From assembly GCA_963769425.1 (NCBI GenBank), contig CAVYLP010000003.1, positions 256,001-320,000 of the forward strand: 64,000 nucleotides of DNA. Direction: 5' to 3'. The translations under genes were made by a program, and so were the position numbers. The notes below the pieces were generated by a model. The model was not told the DNA's origin, did no database searches, and was given only the letters and a program-made list of their open reading frames with translations. The stretch is from Candidatus Bathyarchaeota archaeon (GTDB taxonomy: Archaea; Thermoproteota; Bathyarchaeia; TCS64). Shown piece by piece: positions 49,117 to 59,210 of the stretch (its first letter is position 1; each line of letters begins with the position of its first letter).

Positions 49117-50305
49117 TCAGTTGTTGAGGAAGGAGTCGGCGATTTTGACGTACATCCTGCTTATCTTAGGTAGCCAGGTGACGTCGACGTACTCGTTCTT
49201 CTCGTGTGTACCCCCGCCCTTCTTGGGATCGGAAACACCGCGGGTGGGGCCGAGGTGGAGGCAGGGAATCTTGCCGACGCCGGCGAAGGTGTTGGCGTCC
49301 GTAATCCCGTAGGCGTACTGGTAGACTGGCGCCTTCCCCATGACCTCACTGTAGACGGGGTCGAATGCCTTGATGATGGGGTCGTCCCTTGCCATGACGT
49401 ATGCCTCGTACTTCGGGGGTTTGATCTTCACCTCGACGCTGCTCTTCAGGTTGAGGCTCGCGACGAGGCGCTCCATGTCGGCGACGGCGGTCTCGGGCGT
49501 CTCACCGGGGACCAGTAGGCGGTTGACCTCGAACCTCGACGAGGCGGGGACGACGACGCTGTAGATGGTGTACCCACCCTCGAACTTTAGGGTCGAGTAG
49601 TTGCCCTTGTGGAAGTCGGGGTGGTCGAGAAAGCTTAGCTTGTCCAAGTTGGCGACTATCTTGGCAGCGTCCTCGACGGCGTTTATCCCGTGCTGGGGGC
49701 GGAAACCGTGCGCCGCTTTACCGTGGACGTGCACGTCATAGAGTATTTTGCCAGTGATGCCCAGAGGCATTGGCTTTGACTCGTCGCATGGGTATGGCTC
49801 CGCGAGGACTATGGCGTTGACCTTGGCGAAGTCGGTCTTCAGCATCGCCTTCGCGCCCTCACCCATCGCCTCCTCGTCGATCACGGCACTGAAGCTCAGC
49901 TCTCCCCTCAGCTTGTGCCCCGAATCCTGCAATGCCTTGAGCATCGTGAAAATGGAGGCGAACCCCGCCTTCATGTCGCAGCTGCCCAACCCGACGAGGT
50001 CGTTTCCCCTCCGCACCGGCTTGAAAGGGTCCGTCTCCCACCCCTCGACCACAGGGATGGTGTCGAGGTGGCCGTTGTAGTTGAGCCTCTTCCCGGGCTT
50101 GTCCCCCCTGAGGCGGGCGTAGACGTTCGGTCTCCCCGGCTCCACCATCTGAGTCTCGGTCTTTAGTGCCGAGTGACTCCAGCTCGGATTTGACGTACTC
50201 GGCGAGTTCCGCCTCCTTGCCAACGACTGAGTTGATCTTCACCATCTCTTCCAGTTTGTGGAGGGTGTAGGCGTCGTCTATGCGCTTCACGGCGTCGTCG
50301 ATCAT
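49117..50305 (-). CDS. M20/ArgE/DapE-family paralog 1, frameshift near 50165
   Basis: GHLDTIP, CDMKAG, IDEE, AEP, GKAAH, THEKNE. Confidence 0.87.
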
Positions 50306-50377
50306 GGTTGTCGGAGGGTAATACCGTCTGATACTGGTATAAGACTTGAGAATTGCGTTAATTGGCGAGAACTTCGA

Positions 50378-50872
50378 TTAGTTGAAGATTATTGAGGAGT
50401 AGTCGCCTGAGGGGTAGACGATCCTGATTCGGGTGATGTTGCTTATCCAGACGTCGCCGTTCGTGTCGGGGATCACGAGGCGTGTTACCTCGGGGAGCGC
50501 GCTACCGTTCAACTGGTATGCCACTATTACGTTCACTCGTGTCGCCACGGTGTAGGTTATATGCGTCGAGTAGCCATCGCTGGCGTAGAACTCCACCGTG
50601 TCTGCCTGCTGGGTCGCCCCAGCCCTCTCAAGCAGGTACCCGAGCCTGACACCAGTCCAGTTGCCATTAGCAACGTAGTTGCCGATGCAATCAAGCTCGG
50701 CGTTGACGGTTGTACCCGGCATCGCGGTTAGTTCTGTGTAGCTGAAGTCGATTCGTGACTGCTCCACCCCCGGGTCAACGTTCTTGGTCTGTCCGTAGGT
50801 GCCGTACAGGAAGATCGACGCTAGCACGGCGATCACAAGGACCGTCGCCATGGCGATCATGCTTTTTCTCAT
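50378..50872 (-). CDS. Membrane-anchored molybdopterin-binding oxidoreductase domain (sulfite oxidase family)
   Basis: LDCIG..NWTGVRL..LL..AG, ASDGY, VAYQLNG..RLVIP. Confidence 0.75.
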   Translation of the reverse strand: MRKSMIAMATVLVIAVLASIFLYGTYGQTKNVDPGVEQSRIDFSYTELTAMPGTTVNAELDCIGNYVANGNWTGVRLGYLLERAGATQQADTVEFYASDGYSTHITYTVATRVNVIVAYQLNGSALPEVTRLVIPDTNGDVWISNITRIRIVYPSGDYSSIIFN

Positions 50873-51019
50873 CCCGCATCATTTCCCAGTTTAAGACTGG
50901 GTCGACGGCGCCGGATATCAACCATTACACGGGAATAAATGCAGATTGGGCATATCCGAGCCACTGGTTCCCAGCTAAGTATCATATACTGGGTCTGGCT
51001 GAGTTCTGGAGGATCCGAC

Positions 51020-52051
51020 TTGAAACTGGTCACTTTTAAGATACACACCGAGTGCAGGCTCGGTGCAGTCGTGAAGGAGGGCATAGTCGACCTCAACTCC
51101 GCCTACACCACCTACCTGAAGGAGGGTGGCGAGGCGTTCCCCAAGCGAGTAGCTTCAGCTCTCATACCGCCGGATATGGTGGGTTTCCTTGAGGGCGGGG
51201 AGAAGGCGAAGAAGGAGGCGGAGAAGGTCCTAAAGTGGGTGGCAAAGAAGAAGGACGCCGTGGGTGTCGAGGGCGAGAAGCTCGTCCTAGGCGACGAGGC
51301 TCGCATACAGGCGCCCATCCAGTACCCGGGCAAGATCTACTGCACCGCTGTCAACTACTACGACCACGCCACTGAGCGCATGGCGAAGGACCCCGAAGCA
51401 CGGAAGAAGGAGATCGCACGCATGAAGAGCCTAAACCTCAAGGTCGCCGACTGCTTCCAGAAGCAGCCCAGCCTCATCATAGGCACAGGCGCGCCCATCA
51501 TCAAGCCGAAAGTCTCCAAGCAGCTCGACTACGAGAACGAGCTCGCTCTCGTAATCGGTAAGAAGTGCAAGGACGTCAAGCCAGAGGACGCCTACTCCTG
51601 CATCGCCGGCTACACCATCCTAATCGACGTGAGCTTCCGCGACCAGGGCTTCCCACAGGACGTCGACTTCCGCCTCTATAAGGGCGACATCAACTGGACG
51701 AAGGGCAAGGGGATGGACAACGCCGCCCCCATGGGCCCCGCCATAGTCACCGCCGACGAGATACCCGACCCCTACAAGGTACCGCTGAAGCTTGTGACCC
51801 GCGTCAACGGCAAGACGCGCCAGGATGGCACGGTCGAGAACATGATCATAAAGATCCCCGACCTCGTCAGCTACATGAGCAGGGGGACCACCCTCAACCC
51901 CGGCGACATCATAGCCACGGGCACCTGCGCCGGCGTCGCGGCGAGCTGGGGCCCAGAGGGCTTCCTCAACGTCGGCGACGTTCTAGAGTGCGAGATACAG
52001 CCCATCGGCGTGATGAAGCACACCGTCGTCGAGGACAAGGGTCCCGTCTAA
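51020..52051 (+). CDS. Fumarylacetoacetate hydrolase-family protein (second copy)
   Basis: AVNYYDH, LDYENEL, DVSFRD, KGKGMDNAAPMGP, ATGT. Confidence 0.9.
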   Translation: MKLVTFKIHTECRLGAVVKEGIVDLNSAYTTYLKEGGEAFPKRVASALIPPDMVGFLEGGEKAKKEAEKVLKWVAKKKDAVGVEGEKLVLGDEARIQAPIQYPGKIYCTAVNYYDHATERMAKDPEARKKEIARMKSLNLKVADCFQKQPSLIIGTGAPIIKPKVSKQLDYENELALVIGKKCKDVKPEDAYSCIAGYTILIDVSFRDQGFPQDVDFRLYKGDINWTKGKGMDNAAPMGPAIVTADEIPDPYKVPLKLVTRVNGKTRQDGTVENMIIKIPDLVSYMSRGTTLNPGDIIATGTCAGVAASWGPEGFLNVGDVLECEIQPIGVMKHTVVEDKGPV

Positions 52052-52091
52052 AAAAAACTTACCACCCCTTTTGGGGCAGCTTCTTTTCAGA

Positions 52092-52931
52092 TCAGTTGAG
52101 GTAGATGCCTTTGACTATGTAGTCGGAGGTGTCGAATTTGAAGTTGTTTCGGGCGAGTTCCTTACCGATCTTCGTGGCAGTCGCCTCGTGGTAGCAGTTG
52201 AGCTGTGGAACGCCCCTCTCCGCCGCCTTCCATTGAGCGAAGCGCAGGCAGGCGTCAGGGTCCCCACCCCAAACCCCCACATGCATCGCCTGCTCCGGCA
52301 TAAAGCGTGCGCCGATGGCCACGACGCTGCCCGTCTTTTGGTCCCTGTGGACCATTCCCCGCTTCGCCATGTCCGCGCAGAGGGTTGGGCTGAGCCTGTA
52401 GAAGGTGCGGTTCATCACGAGCCAGCCCATCCAGTCGCCCTCGAGCGGCATGAGGAGGTCCGTGGCCTCCTTCGGGTCGGGGACTGGCACGAACCCGCCC
52501 CTCTCACCAGTGCCGGCGTGGACGGGGAGCGTCGCACCCTTGAAGGTACCCTGGAGGGTGAGACCGTACCTGTCCGCGAGGCCACTGCTCACAACATTGT
52601 CGATACCGGTGTACATCCTCATCGCCCTTACCCCCTGTGCGCGGGCGAGCTCGAACCAGTGCTCATAGAGGGCCTTGCCTAGACCGAGCCCCTGCTTCTC
52701 GGGGATGACGCGTAGCGTCTCCAGCCACGCGGAGCCGTCCGGTACGATCGTGTACTTACCGCACGCGGCGATCTCGCCGTCGAGCTCCACGACGCTGAAC
52801 TCACCGACCCTATCGTTCACGAACATGTCGAAGACATATGGCAGATACCTGAGGTTGGGCGTTGACTTGGACTCTACCCAAAGCGCCTTCTCACGGTCCT
52901 CCGGCCTAGCTCTGCGCACTACGATTTTCAT
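52092..52931 (-). CDS. GNAT-family acetyltransferase
   Basis: WLETLRVIPEKQGLGLG acetyl-CoA binding motif. Confidence 0.85.
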   Translation of the reverse strand: MKIVVRRARPEDREKALWVESKSTPNLRYLPYVFDMFVNDRVGEFSVVELDGEIAACGKYTIVPDGSAWLETLRVIPEKQGLGLGKALYEHWFELARAQGVRAMRMYTGIDNVVSSGLADRYGLTLQGTFKGATLPVHAGTGERGGFVPVPDPKEATDLLMPLEGDWMGWLVMNRTFYRLSPTLCADMAKRGMVHRDQKTGSVVAIGARFMPEQAMHVGVWGGDPDACLRFAQWKAAERGVPQLNCYHEATATKIGKELARNNFKFDTSDYIVKGIYLN

Positions 52932-53039
52932 TGAGTCACCAGTTGAGATGAGTCGATACGAGAATATGGGTGTAAAACGCTTCCGATTCGAAGTTGCCAC
53001 TAGGGAGAAAAAACCATTATCTATGATGGCGTAAGTTGG

Positions 53040-54809
53040 CTAGCCCTCGACCGACTTCTCGATCTGCTTGAGCTGCGATCTGTACATGTCGAGGAGCTCG
53101 GAGACCGTAGTCGCCTCCTCCGCGGACTTGTCCTCGCGCCACCTCTGGAAGCGGGGGAACCTCACCGCGAGGCCCGCGCCCTTCCTTATGGCGTCGAAGC
53201 CCGCTGTGTGTATGGGGCTCAGCGTCAGCTCGTCGCCCAGAACCTCCATCACTCTCTCGGGGGCGAACCAGATGTCCGCCTTGAGGAGGCTGTCGACTAG
53301 GGGGTGCTTACCCTCGTGGCGCAGGGGCTCCAGTTCCTTCGGCAGTTTCGCCAGTACCTCGTCTGTGAAGCCGGAGCCAACCTTGCAGACTGTGCGGTAT
53401 ATGTCGGTCTCCTTGTCGTATGCAGCTCCGAGGAGCGCGCCGTAGCTCCCCGCCCTCCTACCCATCCCATGGAACGCGCCCACCACGACGAGGTCGACGG
53501 GATCCGACATCTTGCTCTGGTAACTCCTCTTGAGCTTCACCCAGAGCCAGCTCCTCGCCCCTGCCCTGTAGACGGACTCGTCCGCGAGGCTCTTACACAC
53601 GAGCCCCTCCGTCCCGTCGGCTATCGCCTGCTCGAAGAACCTCTCAATCTCCTTCGGATCATCCGTCTCGATCGACTCAACCCGGTGGAAGTTATCGGTC
53701 TCGTCAATGATCTCCTCCAGCTTCTTCTTTCGCACAGGATAGGGGTCGAGTGTGTAGTCCTTGCCGTCGGCGTAGAGGCAATCGAAGAGGAAGATGGTAA
53801 CGGGGAGCTTCTCCATCATCTCCTCAATCTTGTACTTGCGGCGACGCTGCATGAGGGTCTGGAAGGGGTGCATCTCCCCGGTGTTCGGATCGGTGGCGAC
53901 GACCTCCCCCTCCACGATGGCGGTCTTCGCCTTGATGTGATCCTTCGCCATCTTAACCGCGTCCGGGTACATGTGGGTGATGTTCTCCAGCCTCCGGCTG
54001 AAGAGCTGAACCTTCTCCCCCTCCTTGTGGATTTGGAGCCTCTCCCCGTCGAGCTTGTACTCGGCAGATAGCTTCCCGAGCTTCTCAACGATCTCCTCGG
54101 CGGAGCCCAAGCGCTGGGCCGCCATCGCCATTATGGGCTTCCCGACGGTGATCTGGAAGTGCTCTATCGCCTCAATCCCCTTCCCCGCGAGGGTCTCAGC
54201 GACGTCCCCAAGGTCGCTGCTCAGGTAGTAGGCCCTCTCAAGCGCCTCGCGGGCGTCCTTCGAGCCGGTCCTCGCGATGGCGAGGGCGTCGAGTATCGTC
54301 ATGTCGCCTACGCCGAGGCGGAGCGCCCCGACCACTGTTCGGGCGAGGTACCTTGCCGCAGTGGGGGTCACGTTGACCATGAGCTTGACGAGGCGGTCCA
54401 CCTTCCTTACCGAGCTGCCCTGCCCCGACTCGTTAGCGATAGCATCAAGGGTGTTGTAGACCTCCGAGGCGGTTGGCTGTTTCCCCCCGAAGCTCTTCAC
54501 CTTCTTCCCCCTCAGAGCCGCCTCCGCCGCGTGGCCGATGTCCCCAGTCTCAGCTATAAGCTGCTCCACCTTCGCCTTCGGAAGCCCCGTCGCCTTGACG
54601 ATGGCCTCGACGACGCTCTTCTCCGCCATCCCGATCTCGGGTTCGCCCGTCCAATCCGGGTGAATCTTGCCCTGAGTGAGGTAGATGACCTCAGCCATCT
54701 CGTCGGGTTCAGCCTTCTTGAGAAGCTCCGCGAGGATGGCGGTCATCTCGAGCCGCTTCGTCGTTGCCTCAAGCTTGACGTAGGTCTCCACGAGGGTATC
54801 GTAGAGCAT
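53040..54809 (-). CDS. lig: ATP-dependent DNA ligase
   Basis: EYKLDGERLQIH, EGE, FD, EGLVCK, WVKLK, RFPRF. Confidence 0.97.
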   Translation of the reverse strand: MLYDTLVETYVKLEATTKRLEMTAILAELLKKAEPDEMAEVIYLTQGKIHPDWTGEPEIGMAEKSVVEAIVKATGLPKAKVEQLIAETGDIGHAAEAALRGKKVKSFGGKQPTASEVYNTLDAIANESGQGSSVRKVDRLVKLMVNVTPTAARYLARTVVGALRLGVGDMTILDALAIARTGSKDAREALERAYYLSSDLGDVAETLAGKGIEAIEHFQITVGKPIMAMAAQRLGSAEEIVEKLGKLSAEYKLDGERLQIHKEGEKVQLFSRRLENITHMYPDAVKMAKDHIKAKTAIVEGEVVATDPNTGEMHPFQTLMQRRRKYKIEEMMEKLPVTIFLFDCLYADGKDYTLDPYPVRKKKLEEIIDETDNFHRVESIETDDPKEIERFFEQAIADGTEGLVCKSLADESVYRAGARSWLWVKLKRSYQSKMSDPVDLVVVGAFHGMGRRAGSYGALLGAAYDKETDIYRTVCKVGSGFTDEVLAKLPKELEPLRHEGKHPLVDSLLKADIWFAPERVMEVLGDELTLSPIHTAGFDAIRKGAGLAVRFPRFQRWREDKSAEEATTVSELLDMYRSQLKQIEKSVEG

Positions 54810-54855
54810 TGTTATCGGTGAATTGATTGGCGGAGGCGATTAAAACCCTGCGCCT

Positions 54856-55605
54856 TTAGACGGTGTAGGCTTGGGCGCTGCGCTTCCCTATCGATTCGTA
54901 CTCCTCGAAGGCGTCGATGAGGCAGTACTCCCCCGCCCTCTCAGTGAAGAGGGAGAAGACGTACTCACTCCCCTTCTCCGCCTCGATCATCGTTAGGAGG
55001 TTCGGCGGGAAGAAGTTGATCGACAGCTTGTCCCAGATCATCTCGAGCTTCGGCGCCTCCGCGTAGCGCAGCGCCACGAAGCTCCTGAAATGGGTAACCA
55101 TGTCGACGTAGTGGGCCGCGTTCAGGTTGGCGAGCTCGGGCACGGTCTTTATGCAGTCGGTGCCGTCTTTGTCCTTGATGAAGGCGAGCGCCTTCGCAAG
55201 CTTGTCTCTGTGCTCCCTGAGCATGTGGTCACGCGTCAGCCTCTGTAGCCTGTCCCCACCCACCCAGTCGTCCGCGTGGAGCACCTCGTGCACCGCCGTG
55301 TAGAGGGAGAGCGTCGAGGCGAGCTCCGGTATCTCCATCGGCTTGTCGCTGAAGGGGAGGTCCCTGTCGAGGATTATCGTGGATGGCGGGGTGAAGCAGC
55401 CGAAGTCCATCCCATACTGGCAGCCCCTGATCATCTCAAGCGAGTCGGCGAGGCAGTCCCCCTCCCCGAGCCGATCACGCGTCTCGATGATGTGCGGGCC
55501 GAGGGGGAGATTCAACTCAAGCTGGGCCTCCCGTATCAACTCGACGGAGCCCACGACGAGCCTTCGCACGTCCTCGTGCGTGAGCCGCCTACGCTCGAGA
55601 TACAT
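54856..55605 (-). CDS. Hypothetical protein with an HExxH motif
   Basis: AVHEVLHADD; genome-typical codon usage. Confidence 0.7.
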   Translation of the reverse strand: MYLERRRLTHEDVRRLVVGSVELIREAQLELNLPLGPHIIETRDRLGEGDCLADSLEMIRGCQYGMDFGCFTPPSTIILDRDLPFSDKPMEIPELASTLSLYTAVHEVLHADDWVGGDRLQRLTRDHMLREHRDKLAKALAFIKDKDGTDCIKTVPELANLNAAHYVDMVTHFRSFVALRYAEAPKLEMIWDKLSINFFPPNLLTMIEAEKGSEYVFSLFTERAGEYCLIDAFEEYESIGKRSAQAYTV

Positions 55606-55753
55606 CTTCGGAAGACACTCAGCCCCCTTTAAAAGCACATTGGTGTAATTACTGTATAGATACGAGTACTTTGCCACATCTGGAATAGCTCACCTTTTCC
55701 GGTCGAAAACCCTTTAGACACCTCCCCGCACCCTCTACGCTCAGTGAACCAGC

Positions 55754-56677
55754 ATGAAGTACGGAGCCCAGACGGAGTACGGGAAGCTTAGGAAGGTGCT
55801 CATGCACCGCCCGACGGAGGAGAACAAGCGCATTACGCCGGGTAACAAGGACGCCTACCTCTTCAGGGACGTCGTCTATTGGAAGGAGTTCCAGCACGAG
55901 CACGACGTATTCACCGACCTCCTCAGGGACGAGGGGGTCGAGGTACTGATGCTCACGGACCAGCTCGACGAGCACCACGCCCACATAGCCGAGACGCTCC
56001 CCAACCTCGTCTACACGCGCGACGTCTGCATGGTGAGCAACCTAGGTGCCCACGCGCTGAGGATGACCTATGCGGCCCGGCAGGTGGAGCCACTCCTCAT
56101 GGAGATGGCGATGAAGAAGCTCGGCATCCCGATCGCGCAGAGCATACAACCACCCGCCCTCGTCGAGGGCGGAGACTTCGTCTGGCTCAACAAGGAGACC
56201 CCAATGATGGGCTTCGTAACTCGCAGCAACGAGGCCGGCGTCATGGCGGTGAAGGACAAGCTCCTCGGCGGCGGTGCCGTGAAGGAGTTCGTCGCAGTCC
56301 CGCTGCCCAGCTGGCGCGTCCACCTAGACGGTGCAGTCATGGTGATGAGCCCCGACATCGCCCTCTTCCACGAGGCGAGCCTCGGACTCTTCCCGGCCTA
56401 CGTCTACAATGAGGAGGGTGTAAGGCTCCAGTACCTACGCGACTACCTCGAGGAGAAAGGCGTTGAAATCATAGAGGGAAACGACACGGAGACCCGCGTC
56501 TTCGGAGCCAACATAATCGGCCTCGGAAACCACAAGTGCGTCAGCTATGAGTGGAACGAGCGCCTCATCGAGATACTCGACGACAGGGGCTTCGACGTCC
56601 TCACCATACCCGGGAGCCAGCTCAGCATCGGAGGCGGCGGCCCCCACTGCATGACCTGCCCAATTCTCAGAGATTAG
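55754..56677 (+). CDS. Arginine deiminase / amidinotransferase-superfamily protein
   Basis: EYGKLRKVLMHRP, YTRD, EGGD, HLD, GGGPHCMT. Confidence 0.88.
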   Translation: MKYGAQTEYGKLRKVLMHRPTEENKRITPGNKDAYLFRDVVYWKEFQHEHDVFTDLLRDEGVEVLMLTDQLDEHHAHIAETLPNLVYTRDVCMVSNLGAHALRMTYAARQVEPLLMEMAMKKLGIPIAQSIQPPALVEGGDFVWLNKETPMMGFVTRSNEAGVMAVKDKLLGGGAVKEFVAVPLPSWRVHLDGAVMVMSPDIALFHEASLGLFPAYVYNEEGVRLQYLRDYLEEKGVEIIEGNDTETRVFGANIIGLGNHKCVSYEWNERLIEILDDRGFDVLTIPGSQLSIGGGGPHCMTCPILRD

Positions 56678-56835
56678 ATACATTCGTAAAAATATTGAGA
56701 CTTTCTTGGGCAGATTAATGAACTCATACGATTCTCCACCCAAGCCAAGTTAGTGATCAGCATCTCTCGAGCCAGTTATTATGCTGCAATATCAATGGTC
56801 TAAGATCTAAGATGCTCTGTTTTTAAAAGAGGGGG

Positions 56836-57390
56836 TTACGTCGTTAGGCTCCGCGTTACGAAGAAAAACGTTATCGCCACAGCCACTATATCTACTATTA
56901 TCGCCCAGATAGCCCAGTCAGCATAGACTAAGACCGTGACATTTTTCGTGAAACTACCCACTTGAATATTGTATTGAATGCTGGAGATGGGATTCATATA
57001 GGGATTTGGGGCCACCGCATATTGAGCAGTACTTGGGATTGTATTGAACTTCGCGAACGGGTTTGTGATTAACACAGATGCACCTGGGAGGGTGACGTTC
57101 GCCGCCACGATCTTAGAGATATCGTTCGCCTTCATGTCTACATTGATTAAGCTAAGCGTCGTCCCGTTGACGACGACAGGGATCGCCATCGACTCGGCCT
57201 GAGTAGTAGTCTTATTCACTACTATGTTGAAACGGCAGTTTCCATAGAGTGGTGAGCTCGAGTCTACAACGGCTGGGATGTTTACACTCTGGACGTTTAT
57301 TGTTGCATTAGCCACGGGAAAAACGAGGGTGGCTAAAAATGCAGCGATGATTACAAGCTGGAACAACTTCATTTTTTTAACTACAGACAT
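56836..57390 (-). CDS. Secreted or membrane-anchored hypothetical protein
   Basis: Signal peptide and C-terminal TM segment; start uncertain (57390 or 57420). Confidence 0.65.
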   Translation of the reverse strand: MSVVKKMKLFQLVIIAAFLATLVFPVANATINVQSVNIPAVVDSSSPLYGNCRFNIVVNKTTTQAESMAIPVVVNGTTLSLINVDMKANDISKIVAANVTLPGASVLITNPFAKFNTIPSTAQYAVAPNPYMNPISSIQYNIQVGSFTKNVTVLVYADWAIWAIIVDIVAVAITFFFVTRSLTT

Positions 57391-57394
57391 TCCC

Positions 57395-57502
57395 CTATCA
57401 ACGACCATACACACTATCATAGGCGTTGCCAGATTTAACCTTCGTTATCCTGAACCCAACTTTAGGTTCTATCAACGACCATACACACTATCAGAGGCGT
57501 TG
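57395..57502 (+). repeat. 34-bp direct repeat pair (57395..57428 and 57469..57502)
   Basis: CTATCAACGACCATACACACTATCA(T/G)AGGCGTTG. Confidence 0.88.
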
Positions 57503-57662
57503 GAAGCGCACCTTATCAACCTGAACGCTGGAACAATTCAACCACATTCTTTTTAAACTCGATTTAGTTCTGGTTGTCAAGTTTAGTTAAAAATCCCAAT
57601 CCTACACCCTAAGGGACTATAACTCACATTAAGGAGGGAGAGAAATAAATAGCCGAGGGGGG

Positions 57663-58121
57663 GTTTCGACGTCTGAACAATATGAAAAAGGATGGGAATA
57701 TTTCAAGGAAGGAACGAAATCTAGGGAAAAGGCCAAGCTCCTCCTGAATAGCACTGATTACGCCGGGAGCGTACGCGCCTCCCAGAGCGCCATCGATCTC
57801 TATATAAAAAGCGCGTATCTCCTCCAAGGAAAGGAGCCGCCGAGAAACCTCTCCCCCAACTCAGACTTTAAGGAGATCGTGAAGAAGATCAAGGAGACCC
57901 CGACACAGGACCCAAACCTCTCCAAGCAGGTAACCGCCGTGTCGAAGAGGTTCCAGGGGATACACGTGAAGAGCATGTATGGGGCGGTGGGGAAGAAGAC
58001 TTCACAGCTCTTCGATAAAAGTGACGCCTACGAGTACTATCATCTCGCAAACGACTTGGGGCTGCTGATAGTCGCAATCGACTCAGTGTATGGCGGCCGT
58101 TCCAACCGACCCTCGAGCTAG
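57663..58121 (+). CDS. HEPN-like domain protein; reading frame extends upstream of the called GTG at 57879 without a canonical start
   Basis: In-frame upstream text AKLLLNSTDYAGSVRASQSAIDLYIKSAYLLQGKEPPR, then SMYG..LFDKSDA. Confidence 0.55.
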   Translation, partial: VSTSEQYEKGWEYFKEGTKSREKAKLLLNSTDYAGSVRASQSAIDLYIKSAYLLQGKEPPRNLSPNSDFKEIVKKIKETPTQDPNLSKQVTAVSKRFQGIHVKSMYGAVGKKTSQLFDKSDAYEYYHLANDLGLLIVAIDSVYGGRSNRPSS

Positions 58122-58291
58122 AAGCATTTCAGCGATTAGGTTTAAGAGACGGTATCCCGCACCACCCCATGGCTTCGACTAGCCTCCGTTTAGGCGAAGC
58201 CCTTAGGGATGACCCCCTCATCCCTAAGTTTTCCTCACCAACCCCGGGTCAGGTATATAATCAATCATTCAACTGGATCAACCGGAGAAGT

Positions 58292-58714
58292 ATGGAAACC
58301 AATATTCTGCTCGCGTTCGATGGCTCGGATCAGTCTCTGAAGGCGCTCGACGAGGCGATAAGGGTAGCCAAGGGGCTGAAGGCGAAGCTGATAGTGCTCC
58401 ACGTCTACTGGGAGGAGGGGGCGGACGCATATATAGACCCAAAGAGGATCACGACGGAGGACGTCGACATCGACGCCCAGAAGATGTATGGGAAGATGGA
58501 GGAGAGGCTCAAGAAGGAGGGGGTAACGTACGAGCTCAAGTCGGAGAGGAGCACCGACGCCCCACTCACCATCACTGAGACCGCCGAGAAGATGAACTGC
58601 GAGATGATCGTCATCGGCAACAGGGGCGTCGGGAGGCTGAGGGGCTTCCTCCTCGGCTCCGTCGCGGAGAAGGTCGTCTCCACATCGAAGCGCAGCGTCC
58701 TCATAGTCAAGTGA
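58292..58714 (+). CDS. Universal stress protein (UspA family)
   Basis: ILLAFDGS, IVIGNRG, LGSVAEKV. Confidence 0.93.
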   Translation: METNILLAFDGSDQSLKALDEAIRVAKGLKAKLIVLHVYWEEGADAYIDPKRITTEDVDIDAQKMYGKMEERLKKEGVTYELKSERSTDAPLTITETAEKMNCEMIVIGNRGVGRLRGFLLGSVAEKVVSTSKRSVLIVK

Positions 58715-58757
58715 GGCACCCGAAGACTCATGAGACGCGGCGACACCATCATCGGTG

Positions 58758-59210
58758 ATGTCCCTAGAATCCTACCTCGAGCAGAACGGAGTCTGGCACA
58801 GGTTCGTCGAGAAGCAGGAGACGGTCCACACCGCCGACGCCTCCAAGGCGACCGGAATAGACCTTCATAAGATTACTAAGAATCTCGTCTCCGTGACGGA
58901 TACGGGCGAGCACGTGGTCCTCATCGTCCCGGGTGATAGGAGGGTCAACCTAAAGGAGGCTGCCAAGGCGCTTGGAGCGAAGAACGTCCGCCTCATGCCC
59001 TTCGACCAATCCGAGCCCATAAGCGGGTACCCACCCGGCGGGACACCGAGCCTCGGCTACAAGACAAAGATGAGGGTTTTACTTGACAAGGAGCTTGAGG
59101 GCTTCGATACATTTTACTGCGGGGGTGGGAGCAGGGACAGGCTCCTTGAGGTTAAATCGGTGGATGTTATCAGGCTAAACGGGGCCATCGTTGCGCCGAT
59201 AAGCTCCTAG
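58758..59210 (+). CDS. YbaK/EbsC aminoacyl-tRNA deacylase family
   Basis: KNLV, GYPPGGTPSLG, CGGG. Confidence 0.88.
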   Translation: MSLESYLEQNGVWHRFVEKQETVHTADASKATGIDLHKITKNLVSVTDTGEHVVLIVPGDRRVNLKEAAKALGAKNVRLMPFDQSEPISGYPPGGTPSLGYKTKMRVLLDKELEGFDTFYCGGGSRDRLLEVKSVDVIRLNGAIVAPISS

